Virus record (IMG/VR): IMGVR_UViG_3300045988_159113
Direction: 5' to 3' (one strand)
Origin: a virus
DNA: 64,000 bases
Every line of letters begins with the position of its first letter. Position 1 is the stretch's first letter. Below, in pieces: positions 15,208-26,236 of the stretch. Below the pieces are notes generated by a model. The model did not search any database and was not told the origin of the DNA. It saw only the letters and a list, made by a program, of their open reading frames with translations. The translations under genes were made by a program, and so were the position numbers.

Positions 15208-15584
15208 GCAGCTATTTTACGATCTCTCTCAGGCCAAAAAGGTCTGAGGGGGACCTGTCGCTTGTTTCTTATTCAAGAGTGTCGGAAGTCTATGATGAAC
15301 TTTACGAGGGAACCACAGACAGTCAGGGCGAATTGACTAAGGAAAAGATCGATGGGATTGTGGGCAATCTGGAGGCCAAAATATCCAGAGATAAAGACCA
15401 ACTGCATAAGTATCACGAACTGGCAAAAATCAACACAGAATATGTCGAGGATTATATTTCTTTTGGCGAGTATGTCGATAATGAAATCGAGACACTCAAC
15501 AAAATCAAGACAATCCAGGACATAGTGCATGATACCTATGACGGTTATAATAGTTTCGAATCTGTTAATTGGAAAATAGAATGA
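15204..15584 (+). CDS. hypothetical protein
   Basis: ATGA-coupled ORF, 126 aa. Confidence 0.6.
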   Translation: MSSYFTISLRPKRSEGDLSLVSYSRVSEVYDELYEGTTDSQGELTKEKIDGIVGNLEAKISRDKDQLHKYHELAKINTEYVEDYISFGEYVDNEIETLNKIKTIQDIVHDTYDGYNSFESVNWKIE

Positions 15585-15940
15585 AAGCAAAATATAAATA
15601 TGGAGACATTGTTTCCTTTGAACTTAATGGTGAAAAGATGCAGGGCATCGTGTACATAGTGGACCACAATGGCACGTTTGAACAAAGCACCTATCCATCT
15701 TATGACATTATGGTGAACCACATGCTGTACAAGCACATCACGGAACCGTGTGTGTCTCTTGTTCTTGCTTCACCATTTCATAATGCCAGGTATGTGTTTG
15801 ATGAGGATTTCGCTAATCGTCTCCTCTGTCTGGCTGAGAATGCTAAGGATAACTCAGTCTCAGGATTTGCTGACGAGATGATAGAAAAGGCAAAAGTCTT
15901 GATCGAGTACCAAAAACTCGCAAAGTATGGTGACCTGTAA
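15581..15940 (+). CDS. hypothetical protein
   Basis: ORF track 15569..15940. ATG 15581 forms an ATGA overlap with the previous stop. Confidence 0.6.
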   Translation: MKAKYKYGDIVSFELNGEKMQGIVYIVDHNGTFEQSTYPSYDIMVNHMLYKHITEPCVSLVLASPFHNARYVFDEDFANRLLCLAENAKDNSVSGFADEMIEKAKVLIEYQKLAKYGDL

Positions 15941-16787
15941 TTTTTATATCCCACTATCTGATACAAATAAATACCTCAGAATTGACTATCTCAATGCTCG
16001 TTATAGCGTAGTAGCCGGCACTATTAATTTTGATCTTTTTAGTGCTATAAACAGGATAAATTTTACAAGTTATCAACATGACTATGGCATAGCTCCTATT
16101 ATCTCCATAAACAAAAACGGAGACGTTAAGATAGGCAACGAGATATTCAACAGTATCTGGCACAATGTGCCTGGCTCTGCCCGTCAGCTTTTTGGTTGGG
16201 AGTGGACAGATGAAAGGTTCGGTGAGTATATAGTGGAGAGAATACGTCAGCTAATTTTTATACCGGCTGGTTCTCGTGATGATTTCAGACTTTGGATTGG
16301 TGATAACAGTGGACGCGTGCGCATTACTCATTTCATGGATAAGGTGACATTGATATCTATGGATGATGTTTATCTTTCTTGCATATGGAATCATTATCAT
16401 ATAGCACGGAAGGAGATATCGCGGATTATTGGCCATACATTTTCAGGCTATGTGTTTCCATTTTGTCCTTATGAAGAGACAGTCTACAAAATCATCAACT
16501 ACATAAACGAGAACTATAAGTCAGGGACTACAATCTCTGCCTCTATTGATACAGTCACGATTGGCTGCAAACAGTACGAGATAAAGCAGACAAAGAAAGG
16601 TATGTATTACCTGGCGGATTTCCCTGCTGCCGAGCATCGCGTTCTTCTCAAGTCCTATATCATCGCCCTTTTTCCTGGAAAAAGATTCGTGGGAGTATTC
16701 CCAGAATTTGAGACAAAAACAGAATTGTTAAAATTTATTAGCAGAATAAAAGATGATAGAAGATTTTCTGAAAAAAAAGATAGGTGA
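15927..16787 (+). CDS. PF6 family protein (member D)
   Basis: 286 aa. TVYKIINYIN, IKQTKKGMYYL, and C-terminus GVFPEFETKTELLKFISRIKDD. Confidence 0.8.
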   Translation: MVTCNFYIPLSDTNKYLRIDYLNARYSVVAGTINFDLFSAINRINFTSYQHDYGIAPIISINKNGDVKIGNEIFNSIWHNVPGSARQLFGWEWTDERFGEYIVERIRQLIFIPAGSRDDFRLWIGDNSGRVRITHFMDKVTLISMDDVYLSCIWNHYHIARKEISRIIGHTFSGYVFPFCPYEETVYKIINYINENYKSGTTISASIDTVTIGCKQYEIKQTKKGMYYLADFPAAEHRVLLKSYIIALFPGKRFVGVFPEFETKTELLKFISRIKDDRRFSEKKDR

Positions 16788-17640
16788 CATAACCGGCTTC
16801 GAGATATTCTTCAGATTTGGAGCCAGACTTTGGTTTCGATTTAATCTTATAACTGGGGAACATGAACTAGTCAATCGCGCTGATCATTGGGAAGATGCAA
16901 ATGATTTTGCTATGCGATATTACAAATATCGGTTCCTAGTAGATCCACCTATCCGCATCATTGGTGACAACAAGATACTGATGCCAAATTTCGAATACGA
17001 CACAGAAAGGAAAAAGTACAAGATAACACTGTACGATTGTGAAGAGCGAAGTTTTACAATCTATGGATTACTTGAACATCTACGTCGTCGTGTAAAGCGT
17101 CTTGTCTTTGTTCCTGTTCAATATTGCCAGTTTATCATGAACTTTGGAAATCTTCATGTGATGGCTGAGATCACGGAAACTCCACGATGGTTTCAAATAG
17201 TGTGTGATAACGACATGATACCTAAGATGTTGGAATATTACAGGATAAGAGAAACACCGCCTAATGTTCAAATCGTGGATGGATCAATGATCATAGGCGA
17301 GACTCTAGAGGATATCCTGGAATTTATTAATCAGGTAAACGCTAAGTGTTATAACATCGTAGATGTTGACATTCCAAATAAGGGCTTAACTTTCTCAATT
17401 GAAGACGATAACATTATCATCAACGGAGAGAAGTTTGAGATCAGAAAAAGCAGGATGTCAAAGTTCTATGTGCGTGGATTTGATGAAAACACCAGTCATA
17501 AGATTGCGGAGTTTTTCAAGCAACAATATCCAGACAAACGCACAACGGGAGTATTCCCGGAGTTTAAAACAAAAGAGGATTTAATAGATTTTATTTTGAA
17601 ATTAAAAGATGACTCAAATATATTTGAAAACATATCGTAG
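16753..17640 (+). CDS. PF6 family protein (member E)
   Basis: 295 aa. C-terminus TGVFPEFKTKEDLIDFILKLKDD. Stop is TAG, with a TGA 4 codons further on. Confidence 0.8.
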   Translation: MIEDFLKKKIGDITGFEIFFRFGARLWFRFNLITGEHELVNRADHWEDANDFAMRYYKYRFLVDPPIRIIGDNKILMPNFEYDTERKKYKITLYDCEERSFTIYGLLEHLRRRVKRLVFVPVQYCQFIMNFGNLHVMAEITETPRWFQIVCDNDMIPKMLEYYRIRETPPNVQIVDGSMIIGETLEDILEFINQVNAKCYNIVDVDIPNKGLTFSIEDDNIIINGEKFEIRKSRMSKFYVRGFDENTSHKIAEFFKQQYPDKRTTGVFPEFKTKEDLIDFILKLKDDSNIFENIS

Positions 17641-18394
17641 ATTACATGTCTATGATATAGAAACTGAAAAAGTCGAAATCTTCACTGGAAGGTTATCAGA
17701 CGAGGTAACAATCCGAGAGGACGAAAACAGACTTGCACCAATCAGTCCCTATATTGAGAATGTTATATCTATCTTTGGTGTAAAGTGCGCCCTTGCTGTG
17801 AGTTATAGAACAAAGGACGGAATGCGGATCAATGTACCTAGATCAAGTGCTCCGATCCGGTATCTATTCAATAAAACAGACGGCGATCCGTACATTAACA
17901 CTATCGACTTTATCCGTAAGCTTCAGAGTATTTTAAAGTATTCGTCGAAGTATTACAAATTCATTGGCTCAACTTCCATGGTAGGAAATGGCCAGCAATT
18001 CTTCAATTTGGCTAACAAAGAAGATATCAGATCAGCCAACATTAGGTACAACTATGACCAAATAAAAAATCCGTTCTGCAATTATATGCGGAAGAATTTG
18101 GTGAATGTATGGCTCGAGAGTATATCGGGTGCAATAGACAATCTTCATTTTAGGAATTTCATGACATGGTATATTCTGGAAGGAAATGTTCCTGAAGATC
18201 TGGAAATTGTCAAAACATGCCTCGGTATGTATTACATAAAATCACAGCGAGGAGTTGACCCATTCCAAGGCATACAAAACAAGTATGATTTTGTATCTGC
18301 AATTGTAGGATACAAAGTAAGAAAAGGCATCTCTCCAGAAGTGAGAACTGAAGAAGATGCCAAAGCAGTCATCGAACGTTTAAATTGTAGATAA
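17609..18394 (+). CDS. PF6 family protein (member F)
   Basis: 261 aa. C-terminus IVGYKVRKGISPEVRTEEDAKAVIERL, the same subtype as member B. Confidence 0.75.
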   Translation: MTQIYLKTYRRLHVYDIETEKVEIFTGRLSDEVTIREDENRLAPISPYIENVISIFGVKCALAVSYRTKDGMRINVPRSSAPIRYLFNKTDGDPYINTIDFIRKLQSILKYSSKYYKFIGSTSMVGNGQQFFNLANKEDIRSANIRYNYDQIKNPFCNYMRKNLVNVWLESISGAIDNLHFRNFMTWYILEGNVPEDLEIVKTCLGMYYIKSQRGVDPFQGIQNKYDFVSAIVGYKVRKGISPEVRTEEDAKAVIERLNCR

Positions 18395-19326
18395 TGGGAT
18401 TTTTTATAGCTTATAATAAAATTTACCTCGCAGAGAGTAACGGAAGGATTACCTCCCTCTTGAATATCGACGAGATAGATTTTCCGTGTACGTTCATAAA
18501 TAACGAAGTGAATTCCTATGATGAACTCAAACAGGTATTGATAGATGAGAACACAAGCCGGTTCTTTCAATATCAGCGAACGATGGGACATAAGCCAGTT
18601 TTGGAAATTGCGACCACCAAAAAGCGTAGTAGGTTTACGATTTCGTTTTATGATCAAGTGATCTATGAGGAGTTTGAAGATGGAACTATTGCGGTTGCAA
18701 ATAATCTAAGCAAGGCCGTTAGGGAAGTTTTGAATTCTTCAGATTCTATTTTCACAAAGTATCAAATACTCCTTGAGTTGTTGCCTATCAAAACGATAGG
18801 GAAATATATGTTCAGGATTGGGCGAAATGAAAATCTTAATCGTTCTATGAATGGTATGATTTACAGATACGGTGAAGCATTCTATCTTGTAGGCAGCAGG
18901 CTGACAGATTTTTTTGATGAGGCCGTTATCGCTCAGCTGCTTCTCAGAAATCAGCTCAACTATATTGACGACGGTATCTTTAAGTCCAAAATAGCCAGCG
19001 TCTACACCACAATATCTTTTATGGATTTTATCCGGGAACTCAATTCATCTATCTATCTTACCAATAGAGAAAAGATTGAATTGAACGGAGATCAAATCAT
19101 ATATGGAGACAATAAGCTTTCAATTAAGCAATCCCCGACAAACAACAAGTGGTTCATCGCTGGTCCTTTTGATCTTATCCTTAACATGTTCGGAGCAGAA
19201 ACTCGAGCTGAACTCGATGAATATATCTCAAAACAGATAGGAAAGAAAAGAAGGAATGGTGTATTTCCAAATTGTGACTCAAGGGATGAAATAATAAAAC
19301 TTGTAGAGTCATTACAAAATGAGTAA
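18394..19326 (+). CDS. PF6 family protein (member G)
   Basis: 310 aa, TAATG-coupled. NNKWFIAGPFDLILNMFG...IGKKRRNGVFPNCDSRDEIIKLV. Confidence 0.8.
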   Translation: MGFFIAYNKIYLAESNGRITSLLNIDEIDFPCTFINNEVNSYDELKQVLIDENTSRFFQYQRTMGHKPVLEIATTKKRSRFTISFYDQVIYEEFEDGTIAVANNLSKAVREVLNSSDSIFTKYQILLELLPIKTIGKYMFRIGRNENLNRSMNGMIYRYGEAFYLVGSRLTDFFDEAVIAQLLLRNQLNYIDDGIFKSKIASVYTTISFMDFIRELNSSIYLTNREKIELNGDQIIYGDNKLSIKQSPTNNKWFIAGPFDLILNMFGAETRAELDEYISKQIGKKRRNGVFPNCDSRDEIIKLVESLQNE

Positions 19327-20332
19327 ATACAAATATTACATTTACGAAAATCTTTCAAGTAGACTTGTATGTCTTGATCTTATCATAGGAGCTTTCGTGT
19401 CTGATTTCGTTAATGTGTATAGCATGCAAACTTGTCAGTACGAATTCAAAGATAAGAAATTTGAGACAGCTTATGAATTCCTATCTTATTTAAGACTTTT
19501 GAATTCTTCGACTGCTATGAATTATGAGAATGATTTTGGAATCAGACCTCCGTATAAAGTAGATCAAAAAATCATCGGACCAAGACTTTATACATATTTT
19601 GAATTCAAAAGTTCGGCTGTAAGTTTTACACCATCTATAGTTCCAAATTTGCATCTAAATAAACCGATTGACAAATTCTTTGCAAATACAAAAGGCCAGC
19701 GTTTTGACATAGAGTATATGATAAAGTTGCATAACTTTCTCATTAACTCGATGGTTATAAGTCCATTGCTCAAAAGTGGCACCAACCAAGTTGGCACCTA
19801 TCAATTTCTGATTAGGTATGCTGATGGAAAAACTACGACTGCTATAATTAATCGCGGCGCATGCGAAAATCGTTGTTATCTTTACGCACATTGTATGGCT
19901 AATGAAGAGATTTTCAACTCTTACAATATTCCAAAAAGAGAGATCTTAAAGATCTTAGAAGATGCCGGGTTTGAATGGCACGGAAGATGGCCTGAAACGA
20001 ATATGCAAACCGTCTATAAGATCATCGACTACATCAATCAGCACTACTATGCTTTTTGTTCATCTGTAGACGACGATTTTGTAGTTTCTGATTCTGGCAT
20101 TTCATATTGCGGAATTATCTTCAAAATCAAGCAACATAGAAATGGTAAGTGGTATATCGACGGAGATATCACGAAAATCATTTCTATGTTTAAGATGCCA
20201 GACATAACAGAATTTAGGAATTTTATTAACAAAGTTCTTGGAAGAAAATTCAGAAAAGGAGTTTTTCCTGAATGCGACTCAAAGGAAGAAATTATAAAAC
20301 TTTTAAATGAAATAACAAAATGTCCAACTTAA
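19319..20332 (+). CDS. PF6 family protein (member H)
   Basis: 337 aa. FGIRPPYKV, WPETNMQTVYKIIDYIN, NGKWYIDGDI, GVFPECDSKEEIIKLL. Confidence 0.85.
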   Translation: MSKYKYYIYENLSSRLVCLDLIIGAFVSDFVNVYSMQTCQYEFKDKKFETAYEFLSYLRLLNSSTAMNYENDFGIRPPYKVDQKIIGPRLYTYFEFKSSAVSFTPSIVPNLHLNKPIDKFFANTKGQRFDIEYMIKLHNFLINSMVISPLLKSGTNQVGTYQFLIRYADGKTTTAIINRGACENRCYLYAHCMANEEIFNSYNIPKREILKILEDAGFEWHGRWPETNMQTVYKIIDYINQHYYAFCSSVDDDFVVSDSGISYCGIIFKIKQHRNGKWYIDGDITKIISMFKMPDITEFRNFINKVLGRKFRKGVFPECDSKEEIIKLLNEITKCPT

Positions 20333-21333
20333 TACCCGACTTAAAATACTGGTATTATTCCAAGAAATCTAAGCATCTCATCAAACTTGGGTTCTCGTCT
20401 ACCGATGATTGGGCTATTACTCTTGTAAGTTTTCCGTTTACTTATTCAACACCTTGTGAGTTTTATAAGTTCGAAAATGAACGAGACCTTGTCTTCTTCT
20501 GCAACGGACACAACCGCGAAGTGGAGAAAAAGTACAATGAAATCTACAAGATCAAACCGCCATATAATCTTCGGACATTCCTGGATTATACGGGAGAGAA
20601 TGTGGCATGCTTGTTCATTTATAAAGGGCGCGCGCTCGCGTTCAAGGATATGCAGTCTATACCAGATTTGAATAGGGCGTTTTGGAATCCAAAAGATGAT
20701 GCACTTGTTTATGACTTCTTTAAAGAATGCGACGGCGAATTGTTTGATGTCGCTTTTCTCTTGAAGCTCCACAAATTCGCTTTGGAAAATATGATCTTTA
20801 CACCCGAGATAACACTCAATGGCAAAGTAGATTTCAATGTCAAGGTTAAAAACCAAGTGTACCACGCAAGAGTTCAAGGTGGTTATTATCCAGGAAAGTC
20901 ATATTTTCTTCACTTTTATAAGATAAGTAATGATGTAGTCTTTAAGTATTATAAAATACCAGAAAAGACTATTTCAGACTTATTTTCTGTTAGAGAAGGA
21001 TTATGGCCATACTCCGACGAGAAGACGCTTTACGCTATTATTGATTTCGTAAATGAATCAAGATACGCGAACTTTTTATCTCAGAAAATAAGCATCAAGG
21101 ATAACGTCATCACTTGCCAGTTTGGAATGTTTACCATAGAACAGAACAAAAAGGGGAAGTGGTATCTCAAAGGAGACATCGATGGTATACTCCACATGTT
21201 CAATCTCGGCACTGCTGCTGAGTTAAAAGTATATGTGAACAATATTCTTGGTGTAAAAAGAAGAGCTGGCGTCTTCCCTGAGTGTGAGACGAAGGAGGAA
21301 GTTATAAAGCTTTTAAACAAGGTAACAGAATGA
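20320..21333 (+). CDS. PF6 family protein (member I)
   Basis: 337 aa. YKIKPPYNL, LWPYSDEKTLYAIIDFVN, KGKWYLKGDI, GVFPECETKEEVIKLL. Confidence 0.85.
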   Translation: MSNLIPDLKYWYYSKKSKHLIKLGFSSTDDWAITLVSFPFTYSTPCEFYKFENERDLVFFCNGHNREVEKKYNEIYKIKPPYNLRTFLDYTGENVACLFIYKGRALAFKDMQSIPDLNRAFWNPKDDALVYDFFKECDGELFDVAFLLKLHKFALENMIFTPEITLNGKVDFNVKVKNQVYHARVQGGYYPGKSYFLHFYKISNDVVFKYYKIPEKTISDLFSVREGLWPYSDEKTLYAIIDFVNESRYANFLSQKISIKDNVITCQFGMFTIEQNKKGKWYLKGDIDGILHMFNLGTAAELKVYVNNILGVKRRAGVFPECETKEEVIKLLNKVTE

Positions 21334-22340
21334 ATACATTAAAATACTGGTATTATTCCAAGAAGCAAAAGACATTTGCTTTTCTTGGATTCCCGTCTAT
21401 TGATGATTCACATATCTCACGTGTACAATTTCCAATTACTATTTCTGATTCTTCTGGGCCTCACAGGTTCACTAACGAGAATGCACTTGTTTCTTATTGT
21501 GCTGAGCACAACCGACAAGTAGAGAAAGAGTACGAGGAAACATTCAAAATAGAACCTCCATATCTCTTACAGCCATATATTGATTACGATGGCAGTATGA
21601 CGTATTATGTTTATTACAGAGATCGTGAGCTTGTATTTGAAGATATGCATGTCATTCCTAAGCTTAACAAAGACATTTGGAATACTGTGGAAGATGCTCC
21701 TATTTACGAATTTCTTAGAAGGCATCGCGGTCAACTGTTTGATTCTGCGATGATGACACAGTTTCACAAGTTCGCGCTGGCGAATGAAGTGTTCTCTCCA
21801 TGTCATGCGACCTTTGGACGTGTTAGGTTTGCAGTGAAGCTAGGGGATCGCATAAGTATTGCAGAAGTTTGTGGACGTCTTAGCAGAGAAGACCCTTGCT
21901 TCTTGAACTTTGACAGCAAAGCAGAGTCAAACAAAGAGGTTTTCGAGTATTACAACATATCACGAGAATATCTTTCCAATCTCTTCCACATCGATACAAC
22001 AGGAGATTGGCCGTACTCTGCAAAACAAACAGTGTATGACATCATCAATTACATAAACAGTACAAAATACGCGAACTGTTCGATACCTCAGGGAATAATT
22101 ATTCAAGGCAATGTTGTCAAGTATCAATCTGCAACATTTACCATAGAGCAAACTAAAAACTCAAAGTGGTATTTGTGCGGTGATATTAATAGCATCCTTG
22201 AAATGTTCGGGCTCGATAGCAAAGATAAGCTAAGAACATATGTGAATAGTATTCTCGGAGAGAAGAAAAGATCCGGAATCTTTCCTGAATGTGAAACAAG
22301 AGAGGAAATCAAGAAACTCATAACATCAATAACAACATGA
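21330..22340 (+). CDS. PF6 family protein (member J)
   Basis: 336 aa, ATGA-coupled. FKIEPPYLL, DWPYSAKQTVYDIINYIN, NSKWYLCGDI, GIFPECETREEIKKLI. Confidence 0.85.
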   Translation: MNTLKYWYYSKKQKTFAFLGFPSIDDSHISRVQFPITISDSSGPHRFTNENALVSYCAEHNRQVEKEYEETFKIEPPYLLQPYIDYDGSMTYYVYYRDRELVFEDMHVIPKLNKDIWNTVEDAPIYEFLRRHRGQLFDSAMMTQFHKFALANEVFSPCHATFGRVRFAVKLGDRISIAEVCGRLSREDPCFLNFDSKAESNKEVFEYYNISREYLSNLFHIDTTGDWPYSAKQTVYDIINYINSTKYANCSIPQGIIIQGNVVKYQSATFTIEQTKNSKWYLCGDINSILEMFGLDSKDKLRTYVNSILGEKKRSGIFPECETREEIKKLITSITT

Positions 22341-23347
22341 ACAATTTTGCATATTATGTATATAACGACATCAATAATTGTGTTTATAGTCTTGATCTTT
22401 TAAGTGAGACAGTAACCAAGTCGCTTGATTTTTGGATTAATACTCATACTGGATATCATTTTTTCCATGAAATATTTAATTCAAAACCCGAGCTTTTGAG
22501 ATGTCTGAATGATATGAATCAGGCAACGGCTAATTCATACACTAGGACATTTTTGATAGATCCGCCGTATTACGTAAAGCAGTCATGGCAGCCAGTAACG
22601 AACATATTGTCAACTCGTATAACAGCCTATAATATGACCTGTACATTCATTGCAGAAGGAGGAGGTCCTACTGGTTGTGAAAATGGCACGGAGTTCGAGA
22701 AGTTTCTTTTTATGAATAGAGAAAAGCGTTTCGATATTTATTATCTTGCACGCATTCATAAGTTTCTTATCAAATCTAAAATTGTTAGACCAGTTGTGAA
22801 TGATGGGAGAGCCTTGCCTAGGTTAATTGACGATATACTGTTCAATGTTGCCCTTGGTACTGGTGATACAACAACAGCAAAGATTGATAAATTCAGTGGG
22901 TTTTTCCTCAACCTCAAAGGTTGTACTAATGACCAGATCTTCAAGACTTACGGAATAGAAAAAGCAAGTCTTCAAAGATTCCTGACTAAGCCAATGGTCG
23001 CTACTCAGTATTGGCCAGAGGACACGCTGGATTCATTGGCTAAGATTATCAACTATATCAACAACAACTTCTACGCTTTTTGCGGTCCGAAAACAACATT
23101 GTCAATTTCTGGTAATGAAATTATGTTTTTCGGAACTTCTCTTTTCGTTTCACAATTGAAGAATGGGAAGTGGTACATCAAAGGTGATATGGAAAAGATA
23201 TGTCAGCTGTTTGGTGTATCCACTTGTGTAGAGCTTAGGCGTTTTGTTGATAGAACACTTGGGGAGAAAATACGCCATGGTATATTTCCCGAGTGTGATT
23301 CGAGAGATGAGATTTTTAAATTACTAGATAAAGTGAAAAATGTCTGA
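22337..23347 (+). CDS. PF6 family protein (member K)
   Basis: 336 aa, ATGA-coupled. FLIDPPYYV, YWPEDTLDSLAKIINYIN, NGKWYIKGDM, GIFPECDSRDEIFKLL. Confidence 0.85.
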   Translation: MNNFAYYVYNDINNCVYSLDLLSETVTKSLDFWINTHTGYHFFHEIFNSKPELLRCLNDMNQATANSYTRTFLIDPPYYVKQSWQPVTNILSTRITAYNMTCTFIAEGGGPTGCENGTEFEKFLFMNREKRFDIYYLARIHKFLIKSKIVRPVVNDGRALPRLIDDILFNVALGTGDTTTAKIDKFSGFFLNLKGCTNDQIFKTYGIEKASLQRFLTKPMVATQYWPEDTLDSLAKIINYINNNFYAFCGPKTTLSISGNEIMFFGTSLFVSQLKNGKWYIKGDMEKICQLFGVSTCVELRRFVDRTLGEKIRHGIFPECDSRDEIFKLLDKVKNV

Positions 23348-24323
23348 TTTAAAATATCTATATTATTCAATTAAACAAGGGAAGCTTCTAGCTCTTTATC
23401 TTGAAGATGGAAAGTTTGACCTTTACCCTGTAAGATTTCCGTTTGAATTTGAATCGAAAACTTTTTCTGGTCCAACTGGACTTGTTCTTTTTTGTGAAAG
23501 TTATAACAAAACAACAGCGAAGAAGTACAGGAAGCTTTACGGAATCAAACCACCATATGTTCTTCATACTTATATTGGTATCGGAGGAGAAGTTGTGTGT
23601 TTATTTACTTTTCACGGGAACAAATTGTCTGTTACTGATGGATTGGACTTTCCAAAATTAAACACTACAATTTGGAATCAGGAAATTGATGCGCCACTTG
23701 ATAACTTCTGCAAACAACACCAAGACAAAATGTTCAACTTGTCGGCAGTGATTGCATTTCACAGGTTCTTCATTGATAGCATGGTTATCGCACCGATAGG
23801 TCCCGGCTATTTTAATGCAAAACTTGACGGGATTATTTATCATACTGAGATAAGAGCAGATTCAGATTTTTGGTATCTGTATTTTTCAAATTCTCTATCA
23901 AACGATCATATCTTTGAGTATTATAATATACCAAAAGATGAAGTTTTGGAAGTGATAAACCAAAAGCATTGGGCTGGGGCTTGGCCAGAGTCAAGTAAAG
24001 AAAACCTGTTCAAACTTATTGATTATATCAACAGAAGGTACTATGCAAATTTTGTATACGAGAGTTTTAAGATCACGGAAAATTCTATCGTGTCCAATTT
24101 TGGATGTTTGGATTTCAAGCAGAACAAGAAGAGTGGCGGCTGGTTCCTATCCGGGAATATGAATGTCATTCTCGCTTTGTTCAAACTTGAATCTATAGGA
24201 GATTTGAAAGCTCGTGCGAATGAAATTCTCGGAAAACAAAAACGAAGTGGTATTTTCCCAGAATGTGATTCGAAAACAGAACTCATTGCACTCATAAAAA
24301 CAATTAAAGATGAACGCAGATAA
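23340..24323 (+). CDS. PF6 family protein (member L)
   Basis: 327 aa. YGIKPPYVL, AWPESSKENLFKLIDYIN, SGGWFLSGNM, GIFPECDSKTELIALI. Confidence 0.85.
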   Translation: MSDLKYLYYSIKQGKLLALYLEDGKFDLYPVRFPFEFESKTFSGPTGLVLFCESYNKTTAKKYRKLYGIKPPYVLHTYIGIGGEVVCLFTFHGNKLSVTDGLDFPKLNTTIWNQEIDAPLDNFCKQHQDKMFNLSAVIAFHRFFIDSMVIAPIGPGYFNAKLDGIIYHTEIRADSDFWYLYFSNSLSNDHIFEYYNIPKDEVLEVINQKHWAGAWPESSKENLFKLIDYINRRYYANFVYESFKITENSIVSNFGCLDFKQNKKSGGWFLSGNMNVILALFKLESIGDLKARANEILGKQKRSGIFPECDSKTELIALIKTIKDERR

Positions 24324-25287
24324 TGTATATTATCTTTTCTATGATCAGGTAAATCAAGAATTGATAAAGCTGGATCTGTTGGAACTTTCTGACTTACCAA
24401 ACAAAACATGTTTCGTAACTTTCCCGTTTGTGCTCAATGGTAAATATGCGCACAATGGTCATGACTTGGTTAACTTAATTAACGAGTATAACGGAAGAGT
24501 CTATAACAGGTATCAGGATGAGTACAAGATCAAACCGCCGTATTTCATAAAATGTGCATATAATCAAATCGGACGTGTTGATGTTTCCATATTCTACAAG
24601 AAAAAACATTTCTTGTTTTATGATAATAAGATAAGCAATCCTGACGATTATCCTATTATTGATTCTTTCGTTTCCAAGCATAAGTCTCTACCATTCTGCG
24701 GTGTCTATATGAAGAAACTTCATGAGTTCATTATGGATAACCAAATCGTGCGCCCAAATCCAAAACCAGGAGGCATTTATTTCAATGTTGTGATAAAGGG
24801 CAAGATTTACAAGGCTTATATTTGTAAAGAAAGTACCGATCATTGTTTTCTCTCTTTCCCATTAACAGGAAACAGATATGCCTTTGATTGTTATAATATA
24901 AGCGAGGAAGAAGTGTTGAATGTTCTTGGTATCAATGAGTGGCAAGGTGATTGGCCTGAAACACCAGAAAGAAAAGTGTATGTTCTGCTTGATTATATCA
25001 ACGAGAACCGTATGGCTGGACCTGTTATCGACAGGTTAAAGATAGACGGCAATAAGATCATCACATCTTTTGCTGAGTTCGAGATAAAGCAAACGAAGAC
25101 TGGCAAGTGGTATATTCGGGGAAATATTGAGCAGATATGCTTGTTGTTTAAAGTTCCTAATATTACGGAACTCAAACATCTTGTCAACAAGATAATTGGC
25201 AACAAGATACGGCACGGTGTCTTTCCGGAATGTGATTCGAGAGAAGAGGTCACGAAACTTTTAAAATCAATTAGAGATGACAGATAA
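24310..25287 (+). CDS. PF6 family protein (member M)
   Basis: 325 aa. YKIKPPYFI, DWPETPERKVYVLLDYIN, TGKWYIRGNI, GVFPECDSREEVTKLL. Confidence 0.85.
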   Translation: MNADNVYYLFYDQVNQELIKLDLLELSDLPNKTCFVTFPFVLNGKYAHNGHDLVNLINEYNGRVYNRYQDEYKIKPPYFIKCAYNQIGRVDVSIFYKKKHFLFYDNKISNPDDYPIIDSFVSKHKSLPFCGVYMKKLHEFIMDNQIVRPNPKPGGIYFNVVIKGKIYKAYICKESTDHCFLSFPLTGNRYAFDCYNISEEEVLNVLGINEWQGDWPETPERKVYVLLDYINENRMAGPVIDRLKIDGNKIITSFAEFEIKQTKTGKWYIRGNIEQICLLFKVPNITELKHLVNKIIGNKIRHGVFPECDSREEVTKLLKSIRDDR

Positions 25288-26236
25288 GTTTTATTATCTT
25301 TTTTATGACCGTATAAACGGAAAGATAATCAGATTAGATTTGTTTAACGCTAACCTATCAATAGGCGAAGCCGTTTCTGTGATGTTTCCATGGGCAATTG
25401 ATGGGAGGCTTACACATAATGATGGCGAAGTAGTGATGGCGATCAACAAACACAACCAAAGAACATATAAACGATATATTGAGAAGTTTAAAATCAGACC
25501 TCCGTACTATATCGAAAATGTGCTCGGCGTTCGTGGTATGATCAATGCTATTGTTACTTACAAAAGTAGGTCACTTTTGCTTAAAGAGTACATGCTTGTC
25601 GACAAGTATAATGATGTCGCTCCATTCTTTGCTAAATATGACTATGCGAAGTTTAACATCTGTTATATGATAGGGCTTCACAAGTATATCTTGGACAATC
25701 AGATCATACGTCCTAGCAAACATAATAGCGGAATGTTTAGCGTCATGATACTTGGTAAAAGCTATATCGCGAATGTTGTAGTTTCACTAGATCATTGCTT
25801 CCTTAACATAGAAGGTATATCAAACGGAGCAGTCTTCAATCATTATAAAATAGGTAAATCAAAAGTCCTTGAAGTACTCAGGATAGACAAATGGTACGGA
25901 GACTGGCCAGAGACTACCGAAGACAAGGTGTACGAGTTAATCAACTATATCAACGAGTGCAGAAGCTCAAGCACTAATCCTGATAAAGTTGAGATAAGCG
26001 GAAATGAAATCATCACAGATTTTGCTAGACTTGAAATAAAGCAAAGCAAAAATGGTAAATGGTATATCAGTGGCTCGCTCGAGAATATATTGAAATTGTT
26101 TCATATTGACGACCAAGTCGAGTTGAAGCAAATGGTCAATAACCTTTTCGGATCTAAGCGACGCGCTGGTGTATTCCCTGAACTTGATTCTCGTGATGAT
26201 GTTATTAAACTAATCAAAGTAACGCAACATGAATAG
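25277..26236 (+). CDS. PF6 family protein (member N)
   Basis: 319 aa. FKIRPPYYI, DWPETTEDKVYELINYIN, NGKWYISGSL, GVFPELDSRDDVIKLI. Stop is TAG, with a TGA 2 codons further on. Confidence 0.85.
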   Translation: MTDKFYYLFYDRINGKIIRLDLFNANLSIGEAVSVMFPWAIDGRLTHNDGEVVMAINKHNQRTYKRYIEKFKIRPPYYIENVLGVRGMINAIVTYKSRSLLLKEYMLVDKYNDVAPFFAKYDYAKFNICYMIGLHKYILDNQIIRPSKHNSGMFSVMILGKSYIANVVVSLDHCFLNIEGISNGAVFNHYKIGKSKVLEVLRIDKWYGDWPETTEDKVYELINYINECRSSSTNPDKVEISGNEIITDFARLEIKQSKNGKWYISGSLENILKLFHIDDQVELKQMVNNLFGSKRRAGVFPELDSRDDVIKLIKVTQHE